Source: Candidatus Enterousia sp.
GTDB taxonomy: Bacteria > Pseudomonadota > Alphaproteobacteria > Rs-D84
Assembly (NCBI GenBank): GCA_045530935.1
Contig: JAZSDC010000031.1
Location: 1-58,284 of the forward strand
Direction: 5' to 3'
Length of the DNA: 58,284 nt
Under the pieces are notes generated by a model that saw nothing but the letters and a program-made list of their open reading frames with translations, was not told the origin of the DNA and did not search any database. This document shows, piece after piece, positions 19,838 through 29,717 of the stretch (its first letter is position 1; the number at the start of each line of letters is the position of its first letter). The position numbers were made by a program, and so were the translations under genes.

Positions 19838-20688
19838 TGAATTACATCGATATTTTTCTAGAAGCATTATCTGCAGAGAAAGGCCGCAGCGAAAAAACAC
19901 TTTCCAGCTATGAATCTGATTTACGCCTGGCTGATTCTGCGATACCTGGCGGTTTATTATCTGCCACATCATCGGACATACAATCATATTTATCCGCCCT
20001 GCCCGATAAAACATCTTCAATTGCTCGTAAAGCATCCGCCTTGCGTGGATTTTATAAATTCTTAATGCTAGAAAAAATAATATCAAAAAACCCAACAAGC
20101 AATCTGGAATTACCGCGCAGCGAACGCAGCCTGCCTAAATTTTTATCCCCCCAGGAAATCGAACTGCTGATATCCAGTGCCGGCGACATAAAAAATTCTA
20201 TACGCCTGCGTGCAATGATTGAATTATTATACGCATCCGGACTGCGCGTATCCGAACTGTGCGAATTACCAATTACAGGTATATTGGGCGACAAATTATT
20301 AATTCACGGCAAAGGTGCCAAAGAACGCCTGGTTCCAATGCACGACACTGCCATTTACGCATTAAACAAATGGCTAGATGCGCGCGGTGACATTGATTCG
20401 AAATATGTATTTCCATCTGGTGGAAAATCAGGTCATATAACACGCGATGGATTTTTTAAAATATTAAAAAAATGTGCAGTACTATCTGGCATTTCACCTG
20501 ATCGCGTCAGCCCACACGTCCTGCGCCATTCATTTGCATCACACCTACTTGCGGGGGGGGCAAATTTACGGGCGATACAAACAATGCTGGGGCACGAAGA
20601 TATATCTACAACACAAATATATACACACGTAATGCCCGAACAATTATGTGAAACCGTACAAAATCATCATCCACTGGCAAAAAAATGA
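19837..20688 (+). CDS. xerD: Tyrosine recombinase XerD
   Basis: ELLYASGLRVSEL, GKGAKERLVP, SPHVLRHSFASHLL, LGHEDISTTQIYTHV; start moved to ATG 19837 (MNYIDIFLEAL). Confidence 0.9.
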   Translation: MNYIDIFLEALSAEKGRSEKTLSSYESDLRLADSAIPGGLLSATSSDIQSYLSALPDKTSSIARKASALRGFYKFLMLEKIISKNPTSNLELPRSERSLPKFLSPQEIELLISSAGDIKNSIRLRAMIELLYASGLRVSELCELPITGILGDKLLIHGKGAKERLVPMHDTAIYALNKWLDARGDIDSKYVFPSGGKSGHITRDGFFKILKKCAVLSGISPDRVSPHVLRHSFASHLLAGGANLRAIQTMLGHEDISTTQIYTHVMPEQLCETVQNHHPLAKK

Positions 20689-21203
20689 AGGTAAAAAAAA
20701 TGATAAAAAAATGTGATAAACCTGGATGCACCAAGGCCGGAACATGCCGCGCCCCAAAATCACGTGATTTACGTGACTATTGGTTTTTCTGCCAAGAACA
20801 CGCTGCAGAATATAATAAAAACTGGAATTATTACGCAGACATGTCCCCCGAAGAAATCGAAGCAGATTGGGAACGACAAACATTTGGTGAATCACTCAAA
20901 AATAAAGATTCTGCAAATAAAGACGCATCTGATTATGCAAAATTTATAAATGATTTTATCACTGGACGCAGTAAATTTGACCGTATACCTGCAAAAAGTA
21001 AATTACCAACAAATGTAGTCAGCGCATTAAAGGTATTTGACCTGGGGATATCTGCCACATGGCGTGAAGTTGGTGTAAAGTATCGCGCATTGGCAAAAAA
21101 ATACCACCCCGACACAGCAAGCGACAAAAAAAATGCTGCAACAGAATTTGCACGCATATCCACAGCTTATGAAATATTAAAAAAACATTTCGGAAAAAAA
21201 TAA
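20685..21203 (+). CDS. J-domain (DnaJ-like) protein with N-terminal Cys/His motif
   Basis: N-terminal CDKPGC...FCQEHAAEYNKNWNYY; C-terminal J domain with HPD. Confidence 0.88.
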   Translation: MKVKKMIKKCDKPGCTKAGTCRAPKSRDLRDYWFFCQEHAAEYNKNWNYYADMSPEEIEADWERQTFGESLKNKDSANKDASDYAKFINDFITGRSKFDRIPAKSKLPTNVVSALKVFDLGISATWREVGVKYRALAKKYHPDTASDKKNAATEFARISTAYEILKKHFGKK

Positions 21204-21216
21204 CACAACATCGCAA

Positions 21217-21264
21217 ATCGTGCCGATGCAAAAATACATATCACATATTATACATCGGCACGAT
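21217..21264. terminator. 12-bp inverted repeat with 24-nt loop between convergent genes
   Basis: atcgtgccgatg ... catcggcacgat. Confidence 0.55.
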
Positions 21265-21270
21265 AATAAA

Positions 21271-22170
21271 TTAATTTCTATTCAAAAATGCAACCGCATC
21301 CATACCAACTTCACAACCTGTTCCAACTGCTGTTGCAATTTGCATTTTTATACCACTGCGGACATCACCTGCAACAAACATACCTTCTGGCAATGCATCT
21401 ACCGCCAAACGCCCCAAAGCATCGCGTTTGATATCTTCACTCAAGAAATCAGTATTTGCTTCATGTCCGATGGCAACGAACAAGCCGTCAACAACCAACT
21501 GCTTGCCATCTGTTGTGGTCACAATCAATTCACCATCTGCTGAATCTGGCTTTTCTGCAATTCTTGCTAAATCCGTATTGAATAAACATTCTATATTTTC
21601 ACGCGCAGCGACACGTTCACGCAATACGGCCTCGGCACGTGTAAAAGAATCCTTGCGATAAACAATTTTTACAGTTTTTGCTAAATCCGCCAAATACAAC
21701 GCATCGTTCAAAGCACTATTTCCGCCCCCCAACACAATAACTGTTTTACCAGAATAGAAAAATCCATCACACGTTGCGCAATACGAAACACCACGTCCCA
21801 TCAGTTCACGCGCCCCTGCAACTTCTAATTTACGAGGGGATGCACCTGTCGCTATTACTATTGTACGTCCACAATATTCATTTCCATCATCACACACAAC
21901 CGCAAATCCCGCACTTGCATCACCTGTAATATTTTTTGCAGACACAAATTTTACTTCTGCCCCAAATGTTTCACATTGTTTTTGCATAAACTGTGCCAGT
22001 TCCAAACCACTGCCTGCCCACCCAGGGTAATTTTCTAACACTGCAATTCCTGCGGTCTGGCCACCTAATTTATCCCCCCCCAGCACCAAAGTTTTTTTAT
22101 TTGCACGCGCAGTATACAATGCAGCCGTCAGCCCTGCAGGCCCCGAACCTAAAATAATAACATCATACAT
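21271..22170 (-). CDS. trxB: Thioredoxin-disulfide reductase
   Basis: GSGPAG, GVSYCATCDG, GGGNSA, FVAIGH, AGDV. Confidence 0.93.
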   Translation of the reverse strand: MYDVIILGSGPAGLTAALYTARANKKTLVLGGDKLGGQTAGIAVLENYPGWAGSGLELAQFMQKQCETFGAEVKFVSAKNITGDASAGFAVVCDDGNEYCGRTIVIATGASPRKLEVAGARELMGRGVSYCATCDGFFYSGKTVIVLGGGNSALNDALYLADLAKTVKIVYRKDSFTRAEAVLRERVAARENIECLFNTDLARIAEKPDSADGELIVTTTDGKQLVVDGLFVAIGHEANTDFLSEDIKRDALGRLAVDALPEGMFVAGDVRSGIKMQIATAVGTGCEVGMDAVAFLNRN

Positions 22171-22236
22171 GATTAACTTCCTTTACCTATCTGCCATCAA
22201 GATACAAAATCCATAAATAATATGCAAATGAAATCG

Positions 22237-22265
22237 TTGCATTTAGAACAGGATTAATTTATAAT
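22237..22265 (+). promoter_or_regulatory. Sigma70-type promoter upstream of the serS leader
   Basis: TTGCAT-17 nt-TATAAT. Confidence 0.65.
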
Positions 22266-22274
22266 CAAAGTAAC

Positions 22275-22328
22275 ATGACACTAAAACATTCATTTTTCAG
22301 TCGTACATCATCCCCATTGGGGGAATAA
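22275..22328 (+). promoter_or_regulatory. Candidate Ser-rich leader peptide (uORF) of serS
   Basis: MTLKHSFFSRTSSPLGE*, 4 Ser in 17 codons; overlaps hairpin TCCCC-ATTG-GGGGA. Confidence 0.4.
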
Positions 22329-22391
22329 TTTATCACGTACTTATTTTTAATTTCAAAAACTAACATACAAACTATAAAAAGGTAAGAGATT

Positions 22392-23669
22392 ATGCTTGAT
22401 ATAAAATTCATTCGCGAAAACCCAGACGCCGTAAAACGCGCATGTGAATTAAAGGGTTTTACAGATTACACAGACGAAATTTTGGCACTGGACGCACGTG
22501 TTCGTGAATTAAAAACAATTACTCAGTCAAAAACCGCTGAAAAAAATAAAATAACACGTGAAATTCCAACCGCTGCAGATAAAGCACCCCTAATCGCTGC
22601 ATCCAAAGCAATTGCCAACGAAATCGCCAACGACATGGCAGAATTGGCTGAAAAAGAAGAAAAATTAAGTGATTTATTACATCGTGTTCCCCAGATTCCA
22701 TCTGATGCGGCGCCAATTGGTCGCGATGACAGCGAAAATATCGAAGTTCGTCGTGTTGGTACACCACGTGAATTTGATTTTACCCCCCGCCCACAATGGG
22801 ATTTATTGGAAATGAACGGTTGGTGGAAACCTGAAAAAATTGCATCTATATGTGGCACACGTACATACGCCCTGTTTGGCGAAGCAGCAGAACTGGAGCT
22901 GGCAATTGAAACATACGTTTTACAAAAGTTAATGGGCAAAGGCTTTACATTTGTCAGCTGCCCATCAATTACCAAACCTCAAACAATATTTAACGCAGGA
23001 CACTTTATGGGTACCGACCCATCTGTTATGGCAAACGATGTATTTATGTTAACCGATACAGACCGTTGCCTGGCAGGTACTGCAGAAATCATTCTGAACT
23101 GCCTGCACAGCGACGAAGTTTTAAATGAAAAAGACCTGCCAATAAAATACGCGGGATTTTCACCATGTTTCCGCAAAGAAGCAGGCGCCGCTGGTCGTGA
23201 CACCCGCGGAATCGTGCGTATACACCAATTTAACAAGGTTGAACAATACATATACTGCACACCAGAACAGTCCGATGAAATGCACGAACATCTGTTAAAC
23301 AACCTGTGCGAAGTTATGGAAGACCTGGAATTACCATATCGCGTTATCGCAGCCTGCACAGGCGACATGGGATTTAACAAGGTCAAAATGAACGACGTCG
23401 AAGCATGGTTCCCCAGTGAAGGCGCATACCGCGAATTGGGTTCATGCTCGTCAATCGGTCAATTCCAGGCACGCCGTACGAACACTCGCTTTCGCGATAA
23501 AAATGGCAACATGCAGTTCTGCGCGACTTTGAACAACACAGGCATTGCCCTGCCACGCGCGATTGTACCCGTAATTGAAAATCATCAAAATCCAGATGGT
23601 TCCGTTAACATTCCAAAAAAACTGCAACCACTGATGGGGGGACGCACAAAAATTGGTGGCAAACACTAA
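22392..23669 (+). CDS. serS: Seryl-tRNA synthetase
   Basis: MLDIKFIREN, GTAE, CFRKEAG..GRDTRG..RIHQFNKVE, ELGSCS, TLNNTG. Confidence 0.97.
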   Translation: MLDIKFIRENPDAVKRACELKGFTDYTDEILALDARVRELKTITQSKTAEKNKITREIPTAADKAPLIAASKAIANEIANDMAELAEKEEKLSDLLHRVPQIPSDAAPIGRDDSENIEVRRVGTPREFDFTPRPQWDLLEMNGWWKPEKIASICGTRTYALFGEAAELELAIETYVLQKLMGKGFTFVSCPSITKPQTIFNAGHFMGTDPSVMANDVFMLTDTDRCLAGTAEIILNCLHSDEVLNEKDLPIKYAGFSPCFRKEAGAAGRDTRGIVRIHQFNKVEQYIYCTPEQSDEMHEHLLNNLCEVMEDLELPYRVIAACTGDMGFNKVKMNDVEAWFPSEGAYRELGSCSSIGQFQARRTNTRFRDKNGNMQFCATLNNTGIALPRAIVPVIENHQNPDGSVNIPKKLQPLMGGRTKIGGKH

Positions 23670-23696
23670 AAAACGCCCAAATGGGCGTTTTTTTTT
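23668..23696. terminator. Bidirectional terminator (CGCCCA/TGGGCG family, copy 1)
   Basis: aaaaaacgccca-aa-tgggcgtttttttt. Confidence 0.8.
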
Positions 23697-24261
23697 AAAA
23701 CCATGATGTTCGTTTTATATTTTTTATAAATTCCCAAACAGCATACCTTCCTACATTATTATTCTTTAAATTTTCTATTTCTGTTTCCATTTTCAAAATT
23801 TCTTTTGCTGCATTCTGCGCTTTCTCTCTATCCTCTTTCTTTTTTGATGTACGTGAATACTCCCAATCTAAAACAAGTCCTGTAAACTTACTAAACAACC
23901 CTGACAATTCGGGATTATTTACAAAAGCACTGCGTACATTCCTATCTACTTCCATTTTTGGACTGCCAACTATAAACGCCACTGCATCTCTATTTTCTGA
24001 TTTAAAACCACCATGTTGTTGATACGCACGAATTCTTGCCGCCCATGCACGTCCTGTTTCAGCACGCGAAAAATACTTCTGTGGATTACGCGCAAGATTT
24101 TTCAAATATACTTGCGCACGCCCAGCCTTATACTGTTCTTGTTGTCCTAACTTTTTCCAGTACTTCGCCAAATTTTCATGTGCACAATCACCAAAATGCG
24201 AAAAGACAGATTTAATTGCCTTATAGACCTTATGCTCTGTTAAATATTGTTCCATATCCAT
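23695..24261 (-). CDS. Hypothetical helical protein
   Basis: 188-aa ORF with upstream TGnTATAAT and its own terminator; no recognised motif. Confidence 0.65.
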   Translation of the reverse strand: MDMEQYLTEHKVYKAIKSVFSHFGDCAHENLAKYWKKLGQQEQYKAGRAQVYLKNLARNPQKYFSRAETGRAWAARIRAYQQHGGFKSENRDAVAFIVGSPKMEVDRNVRSAFVNNPELSGLFSKFTGLVLDWEYSRTSKKKEDREKAQNAAKEILKMETEIENLKNNNVGRYAVWEFIKNIKRTSWF

Positions 24262-24283
24262 CTCTTTTTTCGCATTATACCAT

Positions 24284-24310
24284 AAAAAACGCCCACTTGG
24301 GCGTTTTTTT
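24284..24310. terminator. Terminator (CGCCCA/TGGGCG family, copy 2)
   Basis: aaaaaacgccca-ct-tgggcgttttttt, nearly identical to the hairpin at 23668. Confidence 0.8.
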
Positions 24311-24771
24311 TATCTATTCTTGTTTTGTTTTACTTTTTCGGCAAAAGATTCTGGCGACCTAAACGGCCAAATAAAATCTTTCAAGATATTTGTTGAATTT
24401 TTATATTCCATCGTCTTGACTGCATTCAACAAGCTTTCCTGTGCTGTCTCTCGTTCCCATGAATACCTGCTGTACAAAGACGGAATAATATTCAAAACCT
24501 TGTTATAAACTAAGTATGCAGAATTATCCATTGTTCCTGCCATAAATCCGTCAACAACCTTATGCGATTCCAACCCCGCCTTTACACGCGTATTATAATC
24601 CGCATATTGTATTGGATTATCAGAAATCGTCTGTACGGTCCAAATCGCATCAAAGACATTTTCTTGAATATACTTATCCTTAGCGGTCTCAGAACGTTTT
24701 TCCAAATACACAATACAGTGTTTAAAAAACTTTTCTAATGTTTTGTCGTAATCAATCATTTTGCTCTCCAT
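24310..24771 (-). CDS. Hypothetical protein
   Basis: 153-aa ORF; upstream TTGACA and TATTAT/TATAGT promoter-like words on the minus strand. Confidence 0.65.
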   Translation of the reverse strand: MESKMIDYDKTLEKFFKHCIVYLEKRSETAKDKYIQENVFDAIWTVQTISDNPIQYADYNTRVKAGLESHKVVDGFMAGTMDNSAYLVYNKVLNIIPSLYSRYSWERETAQESLLNAVKTMEYKNSTNILKDFIWPFRSPESFAEKVKQNKNR

Positions 24772-24900
24772 ATTTTTTCATTACACACTATAATATAGAC
24801 AAAACTACAAAAATGTCAATATTGATTACATAAAAAAGTTGAAAATTCTTATTTTTAGTTATACCCTGTATCCGATAAACAAAAAACAAGGCTTAAAATC

Positions 24901-26733
24901 ATGAAAATTCGCAACATTGCAATTATTGCGCACGTTGACCATGGGAAAACAACATTGGTTGACAATATGCTGAAACAGGCGGGCACATTCCGCGACAACG
25001 AACGCGTTGACGAACGTGTTATGGACAGTGGTGATATCGAACGCGAACGCGGGATTACCATTTCTGCCAAGCCAACATCAATTCAGTGGGGCGAATACAA
25101 AATTAATATTGTTGACACACCTGGTCACGCGGACTTTGGTGGTGAAGTCGAACGTATTTTATCCATGGTTGATGGTGTTGTCCTGTTGGTTGACAGCGCC
25201 GAAGGTCCCCTGCCCCAAACAAAATTTGTATTATCCAAGGCATTAAAACTGGGGCTGCGTCCAATTGTATGTATTAACAAAGTTGACCGCAGTGACGCCC
25301 GTCCAGACGAAGTCCTAACCGAAACATTTGATTTATTTGACAAATTAGGTGCAACTGATTCCCAACTAGATTTCCCATATTTATATTCTGTTGGTCGTGA
25401 CGGATGGGCGGTACGTGACCTAAACGATGAACGCAAAGATTTAACACCATTATTCCAATTAATTGTTGATCATGTCCCGGCCCCAGACTGCAACGGCAGT
25501 CGTTGTCAATTGGATGCACCATTTACAATGCTGGCCACCACATTAGAGGCAGACCCATATGTTGGCCGCATCCTGACCGGAAAAATTGAATCTGGCACTG
25601 TTCGCGTTGGTCAATCGGTCAAGGCAATTAATCGCAACGGTGAATTTATCGAAAACGCCAAGATTACAAAAATCATTGAACATCGCGGAATTGAAAAGAT
25701 TTCTCGTGACACCGCATCTGCGGGTGACATTGTCGTCGTCGCTGGTTTTTCCAAGGCAACCGTGGCAGACACCCTGTGCGACCCATCGGTTACCGAACCA
25801 ATTCCAGCCATGCCAATTGACCCACCAACCCTGACAATGACATTTTTTGTAAACACGTCCCCTTTGGCGGGTAAATCTGGCAAGAAATTAACATCCCGCA
25901 TGATTGGCGAAAGATTATTTAAAGAAGCCGAAACAAACATCGCCTTGAAAGTCGAACAAAGCGAAAACAACGAAGCATTCGAAGTTTCTGGTCGTGGCGA
26001 ATTACAATTGGGTATTTTAATTGAAACAATGCGCCGCGAAGGCTTTGAATTATCTGTATCGCGCCCACGCGTTGTAATGCAAACAAACGAAAATGGCGAA
26101 AAACTGGAACCAATCGAAGATGTTGTAATTGACGTTGACGACGAATTTTCTGGCGTCGTCATTGAGAAAATGACCAAACGCAAGGCAACAATCACTGAAA
26201 TGAAGGCATCGGGCGCTGGCAAAACACGTATTGTGTTTTCTGCACCATCGCGTGGTTTGATTGGATATCTGTCCGAATTCCGCACAGATACACGTGGCAC
26301 CGGTATTATGAACCGCGTATTTGATAAATACGACGTGTATCGTGGCGCGATTCAGCAATATCGCCCTGGCGTTTTGGTATCAATGGAAAAAGGCAGTGCC
26401 GCCACATACGCGCTGTTTAACCTGCAACCACGCGGCACACTGTTCATCGACCCCCAGACCGAGGTTTATTCTGGTATGATTATCGGCGAACACAGCAAAG
26501 AAAACGACCTGGAAGTAAACCCAATCAAAGGAAAAGAATTAACAAACATGCGTTCGGTCACAGCGGATGAAAAATTATTCTTGGCACCACCGCGTCGCAT
26601 TTCATTAGAAGAAGCGCTGTCCTATATCCTGGACGACGAATTGGTTGAAATTACCCCTGATACAATTCGTCTGCGCAAGAAAGAACTGGACAGCAACACA
26701 CGCAAAAAATTAAAGAAACATATTGAAGAATAA
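24901..26733 (+). CDS. typA: Translational GTPase TypA/BipA
   Basis: RNIAIIAHVDHGKTTLVD, DTPGHADFGGEVER, GRGELQLGILIETMRREG, DELVEITP. Confidence 0.98.
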   Translation: MKIRNIAIIAHVDHGKTTLVDNMLKQAGTFRDNERVDERVMDSGDIERERGITISAKPTSIQWGEYKINIVDTPGHADFGGEVERILSMVDGVVLLVDSAEGPLPQTKFVLSKALKLGLRPIVCINKVDRSDARPDEVLTETFDLFDKLGATDSQLDFPYLYSVGRDGWAVRDLNDERKDLTPLFQLIVDHVPAPDCNGSRCQLDAPFTMLATTLEADPYVGRILTGKIESGTVRVGQSVKAINRNGEFIENAKITKIIEHRGIEKISRDTASAGDIVVVAGFSKATVADTLCDPSVTEPIPAMPIDPPTLTMTFFVNTSPLAGKSGKKLTSRMIGERLFKEAETNIALKVEQSENNEAFEVSGRGELQLGILIETMRREGFELSVSRPRVVMQTNENGEKLEPIEDVVIDVDDEFSGVVIEKMTKRKATITEMKASGAGKTRIVFSAPSRGLIGYLSEFRTDTRGTGIMNRVFDKYDVYRGAIQQYRPGVLVSMEKGSAATYALFNLQPRGTLFIDPQTEVYSGMIIGEHSKENDLEVNPIKGKELTNMRSVTADEKLFLAPPRRISLEEALSYILDDELVEITPDTIRLRKKELDSNTRKKLKKHIEE

Positions 26734-26735
26734 GC

Positions 26736-26756
26736 AAACGCCCATTCGGGCGTTTT
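26736..26756. terminator. Terminator after typA (CGCCC family, copy 3)
   Basis: aaacgccc-attc-gggcgtttt. Confidence 0.7.
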
Positions 26757-26758
26757 GT

Positions 26759-27958
26759 TTATCTTGCGACAAATTTTGCCTTCATATAATTCCTGTACTT
26801 GCTGCGCAATTTACGACTGGGGATTAAACATGAAGAATACTTAATAAGTCTATTTCTTATTTTATTTGCACGCACACTGCCCCACTTTGTTTTGTATTGT
26901 TGCAATTGCGCTAAATATTCTTGTTCTTCGGCGTATTTAGGCTTTAAATCCAATTTTGAATATTGAAATTTATTTTGTTTAAAAAATTCTGCCATATAAT
27001 CATTTACACCAATTATTTGTGGCGCCGATGAAAAATGTTCAGTTGGTTCCCTCTCAACAGAAGCACAAACAACATCTGTATCCAATTCACACAATGAATT
27101 TATTAAATATTGCGATTCTAAATTATCTACTGTTACAGAATTTCGTTTTATTTGAATCAGTCTGCCCCCCGGTTTCATAAACAATGCCAAATGTAATGCT
27201 GTCCCCGCACACCCTGCCAATATACGTGCATTTTTTATCATTCCAACCTGTTGCAATAACGTATATTTTTCAGGACATATTATACAAAATCCATTTTTTT
27301 CAAAAATACGCTGTATCTGCAATTCTCCAAACGTACGTCTTTTATCCAACGCGCTGCGCGACAAATAGACTTTTTCACAGCAATCAAAATCCTTTGTATT
27401 TTTTGCCATATTTTGAAATGTTTGTACCCATTGATTGCTTGCACTGTTATTATTACATGCGCAATCTGGCACAATAACAGTTCTGAAACGCACATCCCTA
27501 TCCAGTATTAAAACCCTGTCTTTATCAACACCAGACATTTCCATAAAATCATAAAACCAACCCGGCAATTCTTTTAACAGTGCACTGTAAACAAATACAA
27601 ATTTATGTACTTTATCTTTAAAATGTTCTATTGCCCACATACGGTTAGTATGTTCTAATAGAAAATGCCCAAAATGCCAATGCAAATCCCCCAAGAACAA
27701 GACATCATATTCATTATATTCAACATTTCGCCCTGCTTTTATTTTTGACTTATGCGCCCCCGTTCCAATAATTAAATTTGATTGCGACACAAAATTATTT
27801 TCCGCATCATAAACCCCCATCACAGAATGTTTCTGATGCGAACAAATCAACCCATTTTTCACATGTCGCACATCAACGTCTTTTTTATTTATTTTTCGTG
27901 CAATTATTTTGTTCACATAATCTTTATATGAATCAGGACCAAAAACATTAACATTCAT
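26759..27958 (-). CDS. Glycosyltransferase family 61 (DUF563)-like protein
   Basis: HFGHFLLE, KVYLSR, PEKYTLLQQV, GCAGTALHLALF; start set at ATG 27958. Confidence 0.78.
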   Translation of the reverse strand: MNVNVFGPDSYKDYVNKIIARKINKKDVDVRHVKNGLICSHQKHSVMGVYDAENNFVSQSNLIIGTGAHKSKIKAGRNVEYNEYDVLFLGDLHWHFGHFLLEHTNRMWAIEHFKDKVHKFVFVYSALLKELPGWFYDFMEMSGVDKDRVLILDRDVRFRTVIVPDCACNNNSASNQWVQTFQNMAKNTKDFDCCEKVYLSRSALDKRRTFGELQIQRIFEKNGFCIICPEKYTLLQQVGMIKNARILAGCAGTALHLALFMKPGGRLIQIKRNSVTVDNLESQYLINSLCELDTDVVCASVEREPTEHFSSAPQIIGVNDYMAEFFKQNKFQYSKLDLKPKYAEEQEYLAQLQQYKTKWGSVRANKIRNRLIKYSSCLIPSRKLRSKYRNYMKAKFVAR

Positions 27959-28010
27959 AACAACCACACCCCTGTTGCAAAATATAAATAAAACGTGTAA
28001 ATTATATAAT

Positions 28011-28874
28011 ATGAAACACAAAGAAGCCACAACAAAACGATTATTCCTATTTGCAGGATATAACAAATCAGGCATCATTGACGATGCATTAATATTCTAT
28101 GTAAAAAAATTATCTGAATTTGGTGATATTGTATTATTCATGGATTCTGATTGCGCCGATTCAGAAATTAAAAAGATAAAAAAATACTGTCTTCATACAT
28201 GTGCCACCCGTCATGGCGAATATGATTTTGGTTCTTATAAACGCGCATATATTTGGGCAACAAAAAATGCAAACCTGGCGGACTATAACTTTATTTATTT
28301 GGTAAACGATTCTGTATATGGTCCACTGTACGATTTATCCAGATATTTTGATGCAATGGAAAATATGGGACACGACGGTTTTGGAATTGTAAAAAACCCA
28401 CACCACAACCACCCTCATATTCAATCATGGTTTATCGGATTAAAACAGTCCATATTTTTAACCAGCTGGTTTGATAAATTCATGCACAGCATTACAAAAC
28501 AACAATCCAAAGGTCTTATCACAAAACTATACGAGCATGGGCTGTCCAGACAAATAAGCGCCCATAAATTAACATGGGATTGCCTGTACTGTGTTCGTGG
28601 TCGCGGTATTTATAACCAGGTAAAAAAACTGTATAAATCAGGTATGCCATTTATGAAGAAAGTCGCATTCACACGCAATCATGGTGCACTGGGGGCACAA
28701 ATAAGATATGTTCTGAATAACACATCTATTGACGCACAAGAATCTATATTATCTGCCGCACAACACGCAAACGGAATACAATACACCAATTGGTTATTAA
28801 CCAAAAATCCGATTAGAATACTTATCAGACAGATTCATCATATAGCATACAAACTATTTATCGAAGGGATATAA
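28011..28874 (+). CDS. Rhamnan synthesis F (RgpF)-like glycosyltransferase
   Basis: RLFLFAGY, YDFGSYKR, LVNDSVYGP, HIQSWF, YEHGLS, PFMKK. Confidence 0.78.
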   Translation: MKHKEATTKRLFLFAGYNKSGIIDDALIFYVKKLSEFGDIVLFMDSDCADSEIKKIKKYCLHTCATRHGEYDFGSYKRAYIWATKNANLADYNFIYLVNDSVYGPLYDLSRYFDAMENMGHDGFGIVKNPHHNHPHIQSWFIGLKQSIFLTSWFDKFMHSITKQQSKGLITKLYEHGLSRQISAHKLTWDCLYCVRGRGIYNQVKKLYKSGMPFMKKVAFTRNHGALGAQIRYVLNNTSIDAQESILSAAQHANGIQYTNWLLTKNPIRILIRQIHHIAYKLFIEGI

Positions 28875-28876
28875 TT

Positions 28877-29707
28877 ATGACTAAACGTATTGCTGCAATC
28901 ACAATGGCACGGAACGATACATTTTTCTTGTCACGTTGGATAAAATATTATGGCAAACAAATCGGAACAGAAAATTTGTACATCTACCTTGACGGCACCG
29001 ACCAAGAAATTCCAAAAAATGCAGGTAACGCCCATATAACAAAATTACCGCATACTAACATGTCACGTGCTGCCGGTGACAAATACCGCATAAAACAAAT
29101 ATCAAATCTGGCATCAGAATTATTAAAAACCTATGATATTATAATTGGATGTGACGCAGATGAATTTTTAATTGTTGATCCTGCGCTTGGCGTATCTTTA
29201 TCACAGTATTTATCTGATAAAAAATTCAACACAACATTATCTGGTCTGGGACTTGACGTGGGACAGCATCTGACACTGGAAAAACCACTGGACATGACCC
29301 AACCATTCCTGCCCCAGCGTTCATATGCACTGCTTTCTACACGTTACACCAAACCTGTTGTTATAAATCGCCCTGTCCGTTGGGGCAGCGGCTTTCACAG
29401 TATCCAAGGTCACAATTTTCACATAGACAAGAATTTATACCTGTTGCATTTTGGCGCAATTGATATGAACATGTTATTATCCAAGGCGGCGGCACGCGGT
29501 CCAGATTGGATAAACCATTTAAAACGTCGTGGCAACGGAACGATTAATCTGATTTCAACACGTCGCATCAGTAATATTAAATGGCTGTCATGGGCACGAA
29601 TACTGCAAACATATCTGCGACCGATTTACGCGTTGGACAAACCTGGAATGATGGGTTTGAAACGCGTAATAAAAATACCATCGCGCTTCAAATCCACAAA
29701 GATTTGA
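28877..29707 (+). CDS. GT-A fold glycosyltransferase (GT2-like)
   Basis: TMARND.FFLSRW, CDADEFL (DxD), GSGFH, LLHFG. Confidence 0.8.
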   Translation: MTKRIAAITMARNDTFFLSRWIKYYGKQIGTENLYIYLDGTDQEIPKNAGNAHITKLPHTNMSRAAGDKYRIKQISNLASELLKTYDIIIGCDADEFLIVDPALGVSLSQYLSDKKFNTTLSGLGLDVGQHLTLEKPLDMTQPFLPQRSYALLSTRYTKPVVINRPVRWGSGFHSIQGHNFHIDKNLYLLHFGAIDMNMLLSKAAARGPDWINHLKRRGNGTINLISTRRISNIKWLSWARILQTYLRPIYALDKPGMMGLKRVIKIPSRFKSTKI

Positions 29708-29717
29708 CGCAAAAAAA

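Noticed and set aside
19837-20688. Tyrosine recombinase as a prophage or island integrase
   Set aside because: Length and motifs match chromosomal XerD, it sits among housekeeping genes, and no att-like repeats or phage genes are adjacent.
14278-26300. Long antisense ORFs (14278-14925, 16835-17620, 25611-26300 and similar)
   Set aside because: They are shadow frames of secD, mutL and typA with no recognisable motifs or initiation signals.
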